Assembly: GCA_951406725.2 (NCBI GenBank)
Contig: OX597837.1
Location: 10,788,001-10,852,000, forward strand
Direction of reading: 5' to 3'
DNA length: 64,000 bases
DNA from: Octopus vulgaris
Lineage: Eukaryota
Under the pieces are notes generated by a model that worked only from the letters and a program-made list of their open reading frames with translations, was not told the DNA's origin and searched no databases. The position numbers and the translations under genes were made by a program. Below are positions 54,376 to 64,000 of this stretch, in pieces. The number at the start of each line of letters is the position of its first letter. Position 1 is the first letter of the stretch.

Positions 54376-56569
54376 ATCCATCCATTGTAAATAATGTACA
54401 TAATTCCTCATCTCAAAAATATAGAATAGGAAAGAAACATACACATATATATATATATACAATGGGCTTCTTTCAGTTTCCATCTATCAAATCTACTCGC
54501 AGCCTGGGGTGATAGTAGAAGACACTTTCCCAAGGTGTCAGACAATGGGACTGAAATTAAAACCATGTGATTGGGAAGTAAACTTATTAACTTGTTCCCA
54601 TTGTTGTATATACATACATATGGTGTTGGGAAGGGCAGCCATCTGTAGAAACCATGTCAGAACAGACATTGGAGCCTGCTGTGGCCTCTGGCCTCACCAG
54701 CCCATGCCAGCATGGAAAACAGACATAAAATGATGTCACTGCCCATCTAATAATGTGTACATACGTTCATTAAATGTATATTTATAATTAAGTAGCCTTG
54801 TTTTTTTTAATCTTGGTTTAAGGAGACATCCTGTAGTTTAAAACATAAGTCGACTGTGCTCAAGCAAACTTGGTATTCCAGACATGACTATCCTGTCTGT
54901 ATACATCTTAAACAACAATATTGTTGTCTGACATGTCCATCCTCATTTTTCTTTTCTTTTTCTTCCCCCTTTTTTTTTTGTTAAAGCTTGTAGAGTGTTG
55001 TTTCTACTGTTGTTTCTAGCATGTCAAACAATCAAGCAGAGGCTGGCTCCGTGGTTGCTTTGTTTTGTAATTGGATATGTAAACGTGTGAGAATGCTGCG
55101 TTGCTTGCCCACGTTCACTCACACAAAACCTCATTCCCCCTTCTGTCACCAACTACAGTATTTCCTGTACATTAATGTTTTGTTCTCAAGTTGCAGCATT
55201 GGTGGTCGTTGTTTTGTCTTTCCCCCAGCTGTAATCATCACTATCTTAGCCTTTTCCCTCACTGCACAGTCAGTTCTTAATTAGATTATTATGTTAACGA
55301 CATTCTCTGTGTAGCACCAACTTTAACTCTTGTTTTGTCATACAGATGTGTATTTGAGTAGGTTTCTCTCGGTAATTTAATCTCCCAAATATGTTAATTG
55401 TCTAAGCCTACCTACTTCTGCACTATAACAAACATCTCGGTGGGTTTTTTCCATTGCTACTTCAGAAACTACAGTAAAGTCAGTACTTAGCTGAGGAGAG
55501 AGAATAAAACTGGAACACATTCAATATTGTCTCCCTTACTTGCCAGAATCACCACCATCATTTAATGTCCACTTTTCCATCCTTGTATGTGCCAGATGGA
55601 ATTTGTTGAGGCAGTTTTTCTATGGTTGGATGCCCTTCCTGTCAGCAGCCATCATCTGTTTCCCAGAAAGGTAATATTTCTCCATGTCCAGGTACATTTT
55701 CCATGGAAGAATGAAAACAAACAACCTTGCTGGTATGATGGTGGGGCTCATTTGAAACCATCACATGATGACTTGCCAATGGTGCACACTCACATATGTA
55801 TATACAATGGGCTTCTTTCACTTTCCTCTCACGAGGCTTTGGTCAGCCCAGAGCTATAGTAAATGACACTTGCTCAAGCTGCCATGCAGCAGGATTGAAC
55901 TTGAGACTACATGATGGGAAAGCAAGCTTCTTATTTACTTGCTTCAGTCATTAGACTGCAGCCATGCTGGGGCACCGCCTTGAAGAATTTTAGTTGAGCA
56001 AATCAACCCCAGCACTTGTTTTTTCATTTAATCCTGTTGCTTATTCCATTGGTGCCACGTAAAACTGTGCTGGTGCCATGTATTAAGCACCCAGTCCACT
56101 CTGTAAAGTGGTTGGCATTAGGAAGGGCATTCAGCCATGGAAACCATGCCAAAACAAACAATTGAAGCTTGGTGCAGCTCTCCAGCCTTGCCAGCTCCTA
56201 TCAAACACGTTAACTGATGATGGTCTCTTTTGCTGAACCGTTAAATGACAAACGTAAACACACCAACACCGGTTGTGAAGTGGTGGTGCGAACACACACA
56301 TGCATAGCTGGCTTTAGTCAACCAAGTTTATAAGACACTTGTCCCACACACAGTGGGACTGAACTCGGAACCATGTGGTTGTTGCAAAGCAAGCTTCTTA
56401 CTGCACAGCCATTCCTGCATATTGATATTACACATCCAGAGGAACCTGCAGGCTTCCATTCCTCTCCAGTCTTCACACTTTCTCTACATTCAGTGCCTAA
56501 ATTTTGCTGCACTCGGTGCACAGGTGTCATGCAGTCTACACTTTGTTCTATGAGAAAATTTCTTAGTTG

Positions 56570-57180
56570 TCAGCATCAGTAATAACTCCCTAAACATTCT
56601 CCACACCGATACTCTGGGTTCTGTGTTTTGGAGTAAATACCTTTGTGTTAATTAGGCCACCTGAATAAGAAAAAGCTATCAATTACTTCTCAGAGGCCTT
56701 CCAGGTATTTGAAAGAATTTATTTCACAGGTTCTCTTACTGCTAGCTACTTCTGTACATCTGGCACATATAATAAATAAAATCTTCCTTTTCTGCCAACT
56801 TGCCTCTGTTCCGATACACTCCTAGTTTACATTAGATAAACCATGTGGAATTACTAACTGTTCTGCAACACCAAACTTGGCCGCACTGCAAATCACAACA
56901 GAATCCAAGTCTTCTTTCCTGCTAACTAAAACTTTTGTCGTTGCAAGTTTTCCTTAGCTTTCTTGACTCTCGGCTTTGCTTCCATTTCTGGAATTTCTTA
57001 CTTGGCTATGAGAACTAGGTCACCAGCACACAGCAGTTCCCATGGAAAGCCAGTCTTAAAATGCATTATGATCTTGAAGAGCCAGTGATAAAGTAGGCTA
57101 CTGTGCGATTGAGGCGTTTGGAACCGAATCCTGTAAAACACTTACATGCTAAATTCCTCACTGAATTCTTTGGCAATTCT
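56570..57180 (-). mobile_element. Degraded RTE reverse transcriptase fragment
   Basis: Minus strand TGFPWELLCAGDLVLIA (decayed YADD motif)...KFQKWKQ...TKVLVS. Confidence 0.7.
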
Positions 57181-57618
57181 CGGCAGAAACGTTAGCACGC
57201 CGGGCGAAATGCTTAGCGGTATTTCGTCTGCCGTTACGTTGTGAGTTCAAATTCCGCCTAGTTCGACTTTGCCTTTCATCCTTTCGGAGTCGATAAATTA
57301 AGTACCAGTTACACACTGGGGTCAATGTAATCGACTTAATACCTATGTCTGTCCTTGTTTGTCCCCTCTGTGTTTAGCTCCTTGTTGGTAATAAAGAAAT
57401 AGGTATTTGGCTTGATTGGGGTCTCTGAAGCCTTTCATCTGTCTACAGCTAGTTTTCTTAAAACACCACCAGGTTACAGATTGTAGTATCTTGGTAAATG
57501 CCCTTCTCCAGATCAGCTAAAGCCCCCACACACACAACACAGACTTCAAAATTATGTTAACAATATTTAGCATTTGTAAAGAATAAAAAGTTTCAAATGG
57601 TACAACAATGGGCTATAT

Positions 57619-58347
57619 CTCTTTCTCTTTTACTTGTTTCAGTCATTTGACTGCAGCCATGCTGGAGCACCACCTTTAATCGAGCAACGCAGCCCCAGGA
57701 CTTATTCTTTTGTAAGCCCAGTACTTATTCTATCGGTCTCTTTTGCCGAACTGCTAAGTAACGGGGAGATAAACACACCAGCATCGGTTGTCAAGCAATG
57801 CTAGGGGGACAAACACACTCACGCATGAGTTTTGCTAGTCCGAACCAGCCAGGATCCCTGGTCTGGTGGTACGTAAAAAAGCACTATCCGAATCGTGGCC
57901 GATGCCAGCGCCGCCTCAACTGGCTTCCGTGCCGGTGGCACGTAAAATACACCAATCCGACCGTGGCCGTTGCCAGCCTCGCCTGGCACCTGTGCAGGTG
58001 GCACATAAAAAGCACCCACTACACTCACAGAGTGGTTGGCGTTAGGAAGGGCATCCAGCTGTAGAAACATTGCCAGATAAGACTGGAGCCTGGTGCAGCC
58101 TTCTGGCTTCCCAGATCCCCGGTCGAACCGTCCAAACCATGCTAGCATGGAGAACGGACGTTAAACGATGATGATGATGATGATGATACATATATACGAC
58201 GGGCTTCTTTCAGTTTCCGTCTACCAAATCCACTCACAAGGCTTTGGTCGGCCTGAGGCTATAGTAAAAGACACTTGCCCGAAGGTGCCACGCAGTGGGA
58301 CTGGACGGAACCATGTGGCTGGTAAACAATCTAATTACCACACAGCC
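57619..58347 (-). mobile_element. SINE A with a nested family B element (about 57822-58187, plus)
   Basis: SINE A halves flank the B copy; CTATAT duplicated at the SINE borders. Confidence 0.88.
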
Positions 58348-58527
58348 TATATACCTGTTGTAATTTAGTCAGTCATAGTCTGATGATATTTTGGAATAAA
58401 ATTCCTTCTTCAGATATTCCGATTATAGCAGTGACTCCATCTAAGAATATCTGAAGAAGGAATTTTATTCCGAAATATCATATCAGACTATGGACGACTA
58501 AATTACAACAGGTATATAGCCCATTGT
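58347..58527. repeat. Long inverted repeat carrying two opposed hammerhead copies (probable Penelope-like inverted terminal-repeat remnant)
   Basis: Left arm 58347-58419 (distal part at 57605-57618, split off by a SINE) is the reverse complement of right arm 58445-58527; 25-nt spacer. Confidence 0.85.
58447..58483 (+). ncRNA. Minimal type I hammerhead ribozyme motif, core intact (Penelope-like type)
   Basis: AUAU-CUGAAGA-A-GGAAU-UUU-AUUCC-GAAA-UAUC-AUAU: core boxes, 5-bp stem II, palindromic AUAU stem III, AUC triplet (predicted cut after 58479), 4-bp stem I. Confidence 0.75.
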
Positions 58528-58589
58528 CTATATTATAGTGCATGGTAGGGAAGTAAGCTTCTTAACTTTGTCTTTCGTAAGCTTTCTTA

Positions 58590-59012
58590 ACATTTGTCTT
58601 ATGAAGAAAGGCTGACGATGCTCAACCTTTATTCTCTAGAAAAATGACGATGCCGTGGTGATCTCATTCTTGCTCACATCATAAACGGAAAGTGTAACCT
58701 CTCGAAAGAGCTGTTCTTCACTCCTGCTCCAGAACGTCGGCTGCGGGGTCACTCCGCAAAGCTCTATCTGCGACGTATTTCATCTCAATCGAAGGAGAGG
58801 GGCTTTCTCCGTCCGGATTTCGGATCCGTGGAATAAGCTGCCGGACAAGATAGTGAAGATGCCAACAACCGCTCGGTTCAAAGTCTCCCTTGACCACAAA
58901 TGGCCTGAACTCTTTGCATGAACACTATCCTGTACATAACTCCATGGCCTTGCTTTTTGCTTTTTGAGCCAAAAAATTAGCTTAACTTAACTTCACTGCC
59001 TAGCAGTGAGCC
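58590..59012 (+). mobile_element. CR1-clade LINE 3' end
   Basis: LYSLEK*RCRGDLILAH...LRGHSAKL...WNKLPDKIVKMPTTARFKVSLDHKW with frameshifts; (AACTT)n tail. Confidence 0.88.
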
Positions 59013-59260
59013 AGTGTGTGTACGTGTGTAAAATATTGAATTTTTTATGATTCAATAAATAGCTTCTTTGGGTAAACATGCCTTGGTGGGTAGAAATCTT
59101 CACCTTTACCATGACTAGTCTGTTGCCTCGGTAACTGATAACCTAATTTATACGATTGTAGAGACATAACTCTTGACCTACTAACTCATTCGGTATTTGG
59201 ACGTACAAACAAGAACGAGGAAAAATACTTTATATCTGTGTTATTGTCATTATATATATA

Positions 59261-59658
59261 GGCGCAGGAGTGGCTGTGTGGTAAGTAGCTTGCTTACGAA
59301 CCACATAGTTCCGGGTGCAGTCCCACTGCGTGGCATCTTGGGCAAGTGTCTTCTACTATAGCCTTGGGCCGACCAAAGCCTTGTGAGTGGATTTGGTAGA
59401 CGGAAACTGAAAGAAGCCCGTCATATATATGTATATATATATATATATGAGTGAGTGTGTGTATGTGTTTGTCCCCCTAGCATTGCTTGACAACCGATGC
59501 TGGTGTGTTTATGTCCCCGTTACTTAGCGGTTCAGCAAAAGAGACCGATAGAATAAGTACTGGGCTTACAAAAGAATAAGTCCCGGGGTTGAGTTGCTCG
59601 ATTAAAGGCAGTGCTCCAGCATGGCCGCAGTCAAATGACTGAAACAAGTAAAAGAGTA
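59261..59658 (+). mobile_element. SINE family A, full length, plus strand
   Basis: Head to tail match. Confidence 0.9.
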
Positions 59659-60232
59659 TATACATACATATATATATATATATATATGTATGTATATATA
59701 TAAGCACCACCTTCATAATACGTAGCATGCATTTGTGTGTGGATGCATACACGCATATGTAAAACAGGTTCTCTTTTTACGAAAATGAGTTGTAGTTTTA
59801 ATTCTTGGGCGTTTTTTGTTGTTATTATTATTATTATTATTATTATTTAAGATTTTTCTCATATTACTTTGTTGGATTAACAATGTTATCAGTGTTTGTA
59901 AATCATAAGCAAACAACCTTAAAAGTTCTATGCATAGAAAACTGGGTAACTCTTGTTGCATTGGACAGACATGTATCACAGTCTCTCAGTGTTTGACTAT
60001 GCTTCTACAAGCACAAGATATTGCGTCATATAAGCACATCACAAAACCTAACAGGAAATTATCTTGTGATAAACAATATACACCCAGCAAATACTAGACT
60101 AGTCACATGAGCTATATTGTTATTAGTAAAATGTAATGCATCATATTTGGTGATATGGTGACCTGCATTGAAAACACAAGTTTGCAATCCTGCTTTTTAC
60201 TTTGTGTTTAATGGTGGAATTGGAGCTAAAAT

Positions 60233-60269
<37 letters not shown>

Positions 60270-61464
60270 GTTTGTTTGTTTCTTCTCGAGCCATGCCTGG
60301 CTCATAAGGGCCAGTTTCTCCACCTGGATGGGACGCCGGTCCGTCACAGGTGAGCTGCAAGATGCAGGAGGAAAGAGTGAGAGAAAGTTGTGGCAAAAGA
60401 GTCAGCAGAAGTTTCGCCATTACCTTCTGCCGGAGCCGCGTGGAGCTTAGGTGTTTCGCTCATAAACACACACATCGTCCGGTCTGAGATTCGAACCCGC
60501 GATCCCTCGACCGCGAGTCCGCTGCTCTAACCACAAGGCCATGTGCCTCCACTAAAATTTCTTTATGAATGATAGCAGTTGTTACTTAAGCCAATCCTGC
60601 CTGAGAAGACACTCTAATCAAAGAAGTCTTTTTTTTTTTAAAGCAGTAGATTGTGGTTTGAGGAATGTGTCAATGGTATTTCTAGCTGGTTAATTGGTCC
60701 ACCCTGTGGCTCTACTCATCAAAGTAAAGTAACATGTTGTTAATGGAGCATCTGCTTTGCAACGAACCCCGTTGACATCTGTTTACTCAGCTAAGTTAAT
60801 TAGAAAATAAATTATGCAGGTACACTGTCTATCAGCACCAAAAAAAAATGTAGTTTAGATACAGGTATGGCTGTGTGGTTAACAAGTTTGCATTGCAACC
60901 GTATAGTTGTGGGTTCAGTCTCACTGCATGACACCCAGCACAACTGTTTTCTGTAGTCCTGAGCTTACATTTAACTCACCTTTCATTTGGTTGATAAGTT
61001 TGTATTTGGGATACACGTAGAAGTCAGGTTTGTGATCTTTAAGTGTCATATATGGTTATTGTCTTGGTACATTTTTCTCTTCTATCCTCTATTTGTAACC
61101 TCATTAATTCCTGTGCTTTTCTCTTGATTCTGTTGCATCTACTGGGGTTTACAATTGTTTTTTAAATTTTAATTTTGGTTATGCTGTTTGAGAGAAGTTT
61201 TTTGCTGGATATCTTTGAATACCAGACTGTTTTTGTTTACCTGCAATTTCTTCCCCGACACACTCATAATGTTTGTAGTGGTTTGTAGTCTGAGTATAAG
61301 TGTGTTTTACCAGCTGTTTCTAAAATTGTTATGTCTTACTGTCTGTATGTATATAATAACTGTTTGTATATCTATATATGTATGTTTATCAGCTTATGTA
61401 TTTATATGTATATATTCACTATGTATTTATGTGAGTTTGTTTTTCTTTCTTTTTTTCCTTCTAG

Positions 61465-62069
61465 TGGCAAAGGGTTTTTGAGATGTCGGACCCAAATGAC
61501 CAACTTCATCCGAACATACCACCACCACCACCTCCACCACAATATATGAACACAGCGGTAGCTGCCGTTACTGCTGCTGGTCTTGTGGGCCCTCCACCAC
61601 CAGCTGCCATCGTTGGCACCGTGGGCACTTTCAACAACTATCGTCCTGCGGTCGCAGTCAACTCGGTCGCTGTGAACGCCGTCGGTGTGGTCAGTGGTGT
61701 CGGCGGTGCGGTCATCGCAACAGGTGGCTACAGGACCGACTACAATGACGCCTACCGGGGCGACTACGGCGCTGCCACCAGCTGCCCGCCGCCTGTCATC
61801 CCTGTCGGCCTCGTGGCGGGCAGCAACAACCTTGTCACCGCCGCCGCCAGCACTGCCATCACTGCGCCGACGTCGGGGAACACCGTCAGTCCTCCGCCGC
61901 CGCCGCCACCTGCTGTCGCCAACCCTGCCACCACCACTAGCACGAGCGGCAACAGTAACGCTGGTTACGACACCGGCTACTGCGAGAGTGACTACCGAGA
62001 CGACTATAACTACGAGGACAGACATGGCTACCGAAAGGACTCGGAGTTCCGGGATAGAGACAGGGACAG
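61465..62069 (+). CDS. Coding exon (ATG 61483; the 18 nt upstream are in frame, WQRVFE) of a low-complexity Pro/Ala/Val-rich, DY/RD-rich protein; probable splicing-related RNA-binding protein N-terminus
   Basis: Long pyrimidine tract plus CTAG acceptor (AG 61463-61464); GC- and CpG-rich open frame MSDPNDQLHPNIPPPPPPP...ESDYRDDYNYEDRHGYRKDSEFRDRDRD in an AT-rich background; donor AG|GTAAGG at 62070 (phase 2) joins in frame to the next exon. Confidence 0.88.
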
Positions 62070-62094
62070 GTAAGGGCCCTTTTTTTTCCCATCT

Positions 62095-63112
62095 TATATG
62101 CATTAGGGCAATCAGCTCACAATCATAAGGTCATCAGTTCAATTCCCGGCAGTTCATTGTGTCCTTGAGCAAGACACTTAATTTCACGTTGTTCCAGCTC
62201 ACCCAGCTGGCAAAATTCAATTGTACCTGTTTCTTTATTACCCACAAGGGGCTAAACATAGAGGGGACAAACAAGGACAGACAAAGGTATTAAGTTGATT
62301 ACATCGCCCCAGTATGTAACTAGTACTTAATTTATCGACCCCGAAAGGATGAAAGGCAAAGTCAACCGCGGCGGAATTTGAACTCAGAACGTAACGGCAG
62401 ACGAAATACCGCTAAGCATTTCGCTCAACGTGTTAACGCCTTTGCCAGCTCACTGCCTTTTAACAATTCACTTGTACCTGTAATTCAAAGGGTCAGCCTT
62501 GTTACACTCTGTGTCATGCTGAATCTCTCTGAGAACTACATTAACCCGTTAGCATTTAAACCGGCCATATCCGGCCAAAAGTATTCTGCCTGTTTTATGT
62601 TCAAACTGGCCAGATCTGGTCTCTCACACCAACCCTACAATATCATTTTAAAAATTAACATTTTCGTTACCATATTTATTTTGAGATGCTCTGTATTTCA
62701 TTCAATTAATTTTAAAAATAACCAAGAATTTAGTCAAAGAACTTAGTTATCATTAAGCTAGTGTTGGGAACATAAATTGTGATTAAGGTTTGGTGGAAGA
62801 TTTTAATTCGAAACTTATGAAAATAAGACATTTGTACTACAGAGCCAGAGGCGGTTTTGGCCAGGTTGGTATCAAAAGGGTTAACAGCTACCTCATCAAA
62901 TTCTCATAGCTACAAGATAATGCATGATTAGTTCAAAACAATGTGGATGAAAAAGCATTAATTTTGGTAGAATAATGTGAACACTAAAGGGTTAAGGGTA
63001 CGTATGTCTGTGGAGTGCTCGGCCACTTGCACGTTAATTTCACGAGCAGGCTGTTCCGTTGATCAAATGTTCTGGAACCCTCATCGTGGTGACCGACAGT
63101 AAAGTGCCAGTA
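62095..63112 (+). mobile_element. Nested cluster: CORE-type SINE containing SINE N and MITE P2, the latter containing MITE P1
   Basis: Duplication AATTCA(A/C)TTGTACCTGT flanks SINE N; TTAA sites flank P2 (62541-62995) and P1 (62655-62884). Confidence 0.8.
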
Positions 63113-63721
63113 GAGGTATTTACAGCCTGAAGGTCATGCATCAAATGTCTGCTGAATCAGGGCTGCTAGCTTTGCAATAAATGACATCATCACCATCACC
63201 ATCTGTTTTCCATGCTGGCATGGGTTGGAGGATTCAGCAAGAGCTGACATGTGAGAGAGCTACACCAGGCTCCAATTGTCCAATTTGGAATGGTTTCTAC
63301 CCCTGGATGCCCTTCTTAACACCAACCATTCTACAAAGAGTACTGAGTGATTTTTATGTGACACAAGCATCTCTGCTTGAATCAGTTTCTCTTGTCCTGC
63401 TTGAAATAGTAGCAAAATCGCCCTCAAATCACATGCTGTAGCCTTTAGAAGTGAGGATGCTTTAGGTAAGATAAGTAAATAATTAAGTTAGGTATTTTGG
63501 TTTGCTAAATTCTTGATGTGAAATCCTGTGTTAAAACAGATTTTGTTGTATGTTGCAGTAAATACCTCTAAATCAAAATTTTTTTTTTCATGGACCCCTA
63601 AGGTGCTACTACAGACCCAGTTTATCATTTTGCTTGTGTGAACCCCATAAAAAATCGTATAATGGACCCTGGTTGGGAGCCACTGGTTTAACGTGATGTA
63701 TATACTTGTTTCATTATGTAG

Positions 63722-63932
63722 ATCTCATCAGCCTGACAGGAGGGTGCATGACAGACGCAGAGGTCGGGTGGTCGACCGATCTCGACGCGACCGGGATCGT
63801 GACAGGGACCGTGATCGAGACCGAGGCTTCGACCGAGATCGAGACCGGAGCAGAAGTCGTGATGGACGAGATAGAAAGGACCGACCCTCTCGGGAACGAG
63901 GGGACCGATACGAAGAAGGCTTTGATTGTGAT
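63722..63932 (+). CDS. Next coding exon, RD/RS-repeat: (R)SHQPDRRVHDRRRGRVVDRSRRDRDRDRDRDRDRGFDRDRDRSRSRDGRDRKDRPSRERGDRYEEGFDCD; gene continues beyond the window
   Basis: Acceptor ...tcattatgtag at 63721, donor GTAAGT at 63933; 211 nt = 1 nt completing the split Arg codon plus 70 stop-free codons. This frame is absent from the ORF track because it has no start. RD/RS dipeptide runs are typical of splicing factors (RBM5/10, RBM25, U1-70K, DDX23/46 classes); no folded domain is visible. Confidence 0.9.
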
Positions 63933-64000
63933 GTAAGTTCAAAATATATATTTGCTATCTGTTTATTTTTATCTTTTATCTTTTGTTTGGCCCTGTCATT

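Noticed and set aside
57961-58016. CCAGCCTCGCCTGGCACC resembling the HDV ribozyme P3/L3 region
   Set aside because: No P1 partner, P1.1 or J4/2; a simple hairpin explains it.
1-60450. The many 60-300 aa ORFs rich in Y/I/C/V/M/H/T or L/S/F, and recurrent peptides such as EAIVEDTCPRCHAVGL and LQLDALPNANHS
   Set aside because: Translations of microsatellites and of SINE/RTE-related repeats; recurrence reflects repeat copies, not a gene family.
61402-62128. Overlapping ORFs 61402..62103 (-), 61685..62128 (+), 61764..61952 (-)
   Set aside because: Shadow frames of the GC-rich exon; only the 61483 frame agrees with the splice phases.
63700-63733. Minus-strand CUGAUGA...GAAAC..GUA hammerhead-like string at the exon acceptor
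   Set aside because: Stems I and II cannot form; chance match.
63688-63942. ORF-track peptides over the last exon
   Set aside because: Wrong frame or strand; the splice-consistent frame is the RD-rich one.

Overview
Eukaryotic, AT-rich, repeat-saturated animal DNA. The SINE/MITE repertoire and (TA)n/(TG)n load look like a cephalopod (Octopus-like) genome; this is inferred from the repeats alone. Almost every ORF in the supplied track is a microsatellite or repeat artefact. The only well-supported protein-coding sequence is a + strand gene with two spliced exons at the right end (61465-62069 and 63722-63932). They encode a Pro/Ala/Val-rich then Arg-Asp/Arg-Ser-rich N-terminus typical of splicing-related RNA-binding proteins (RBM5/RBM10-like is a guess). 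Most of the window is probably its 5' intron(s), with CpG-retaining candidate promoters/first exons at about 4.4, 18.0-18.9, 20 and 25 kb. The intron holds at least four tRNA-derived SINE families, an RTE-related element with tandem pseudoknot modules, RTE and CR1 LINE relics, and piggyBac-, hAT-, mariner/pogo- and MULE-like MITEs. Most interesting: (i) five minimal hammerhead-ribozyme motifs at four loci, probably Penelope-like remnants, including a core-intact sense-strand copy paired with its own inverted mutant copy about 3 kb upstream of the first coding exon; (ii) several candidate first exons whose ATG-started frames join the common exon in phase 0; (iii) a composite dimeric piggyBac MITE, a ~125-bp insertion-flanking duplication, a SINE-derived satellite and nested insertions.
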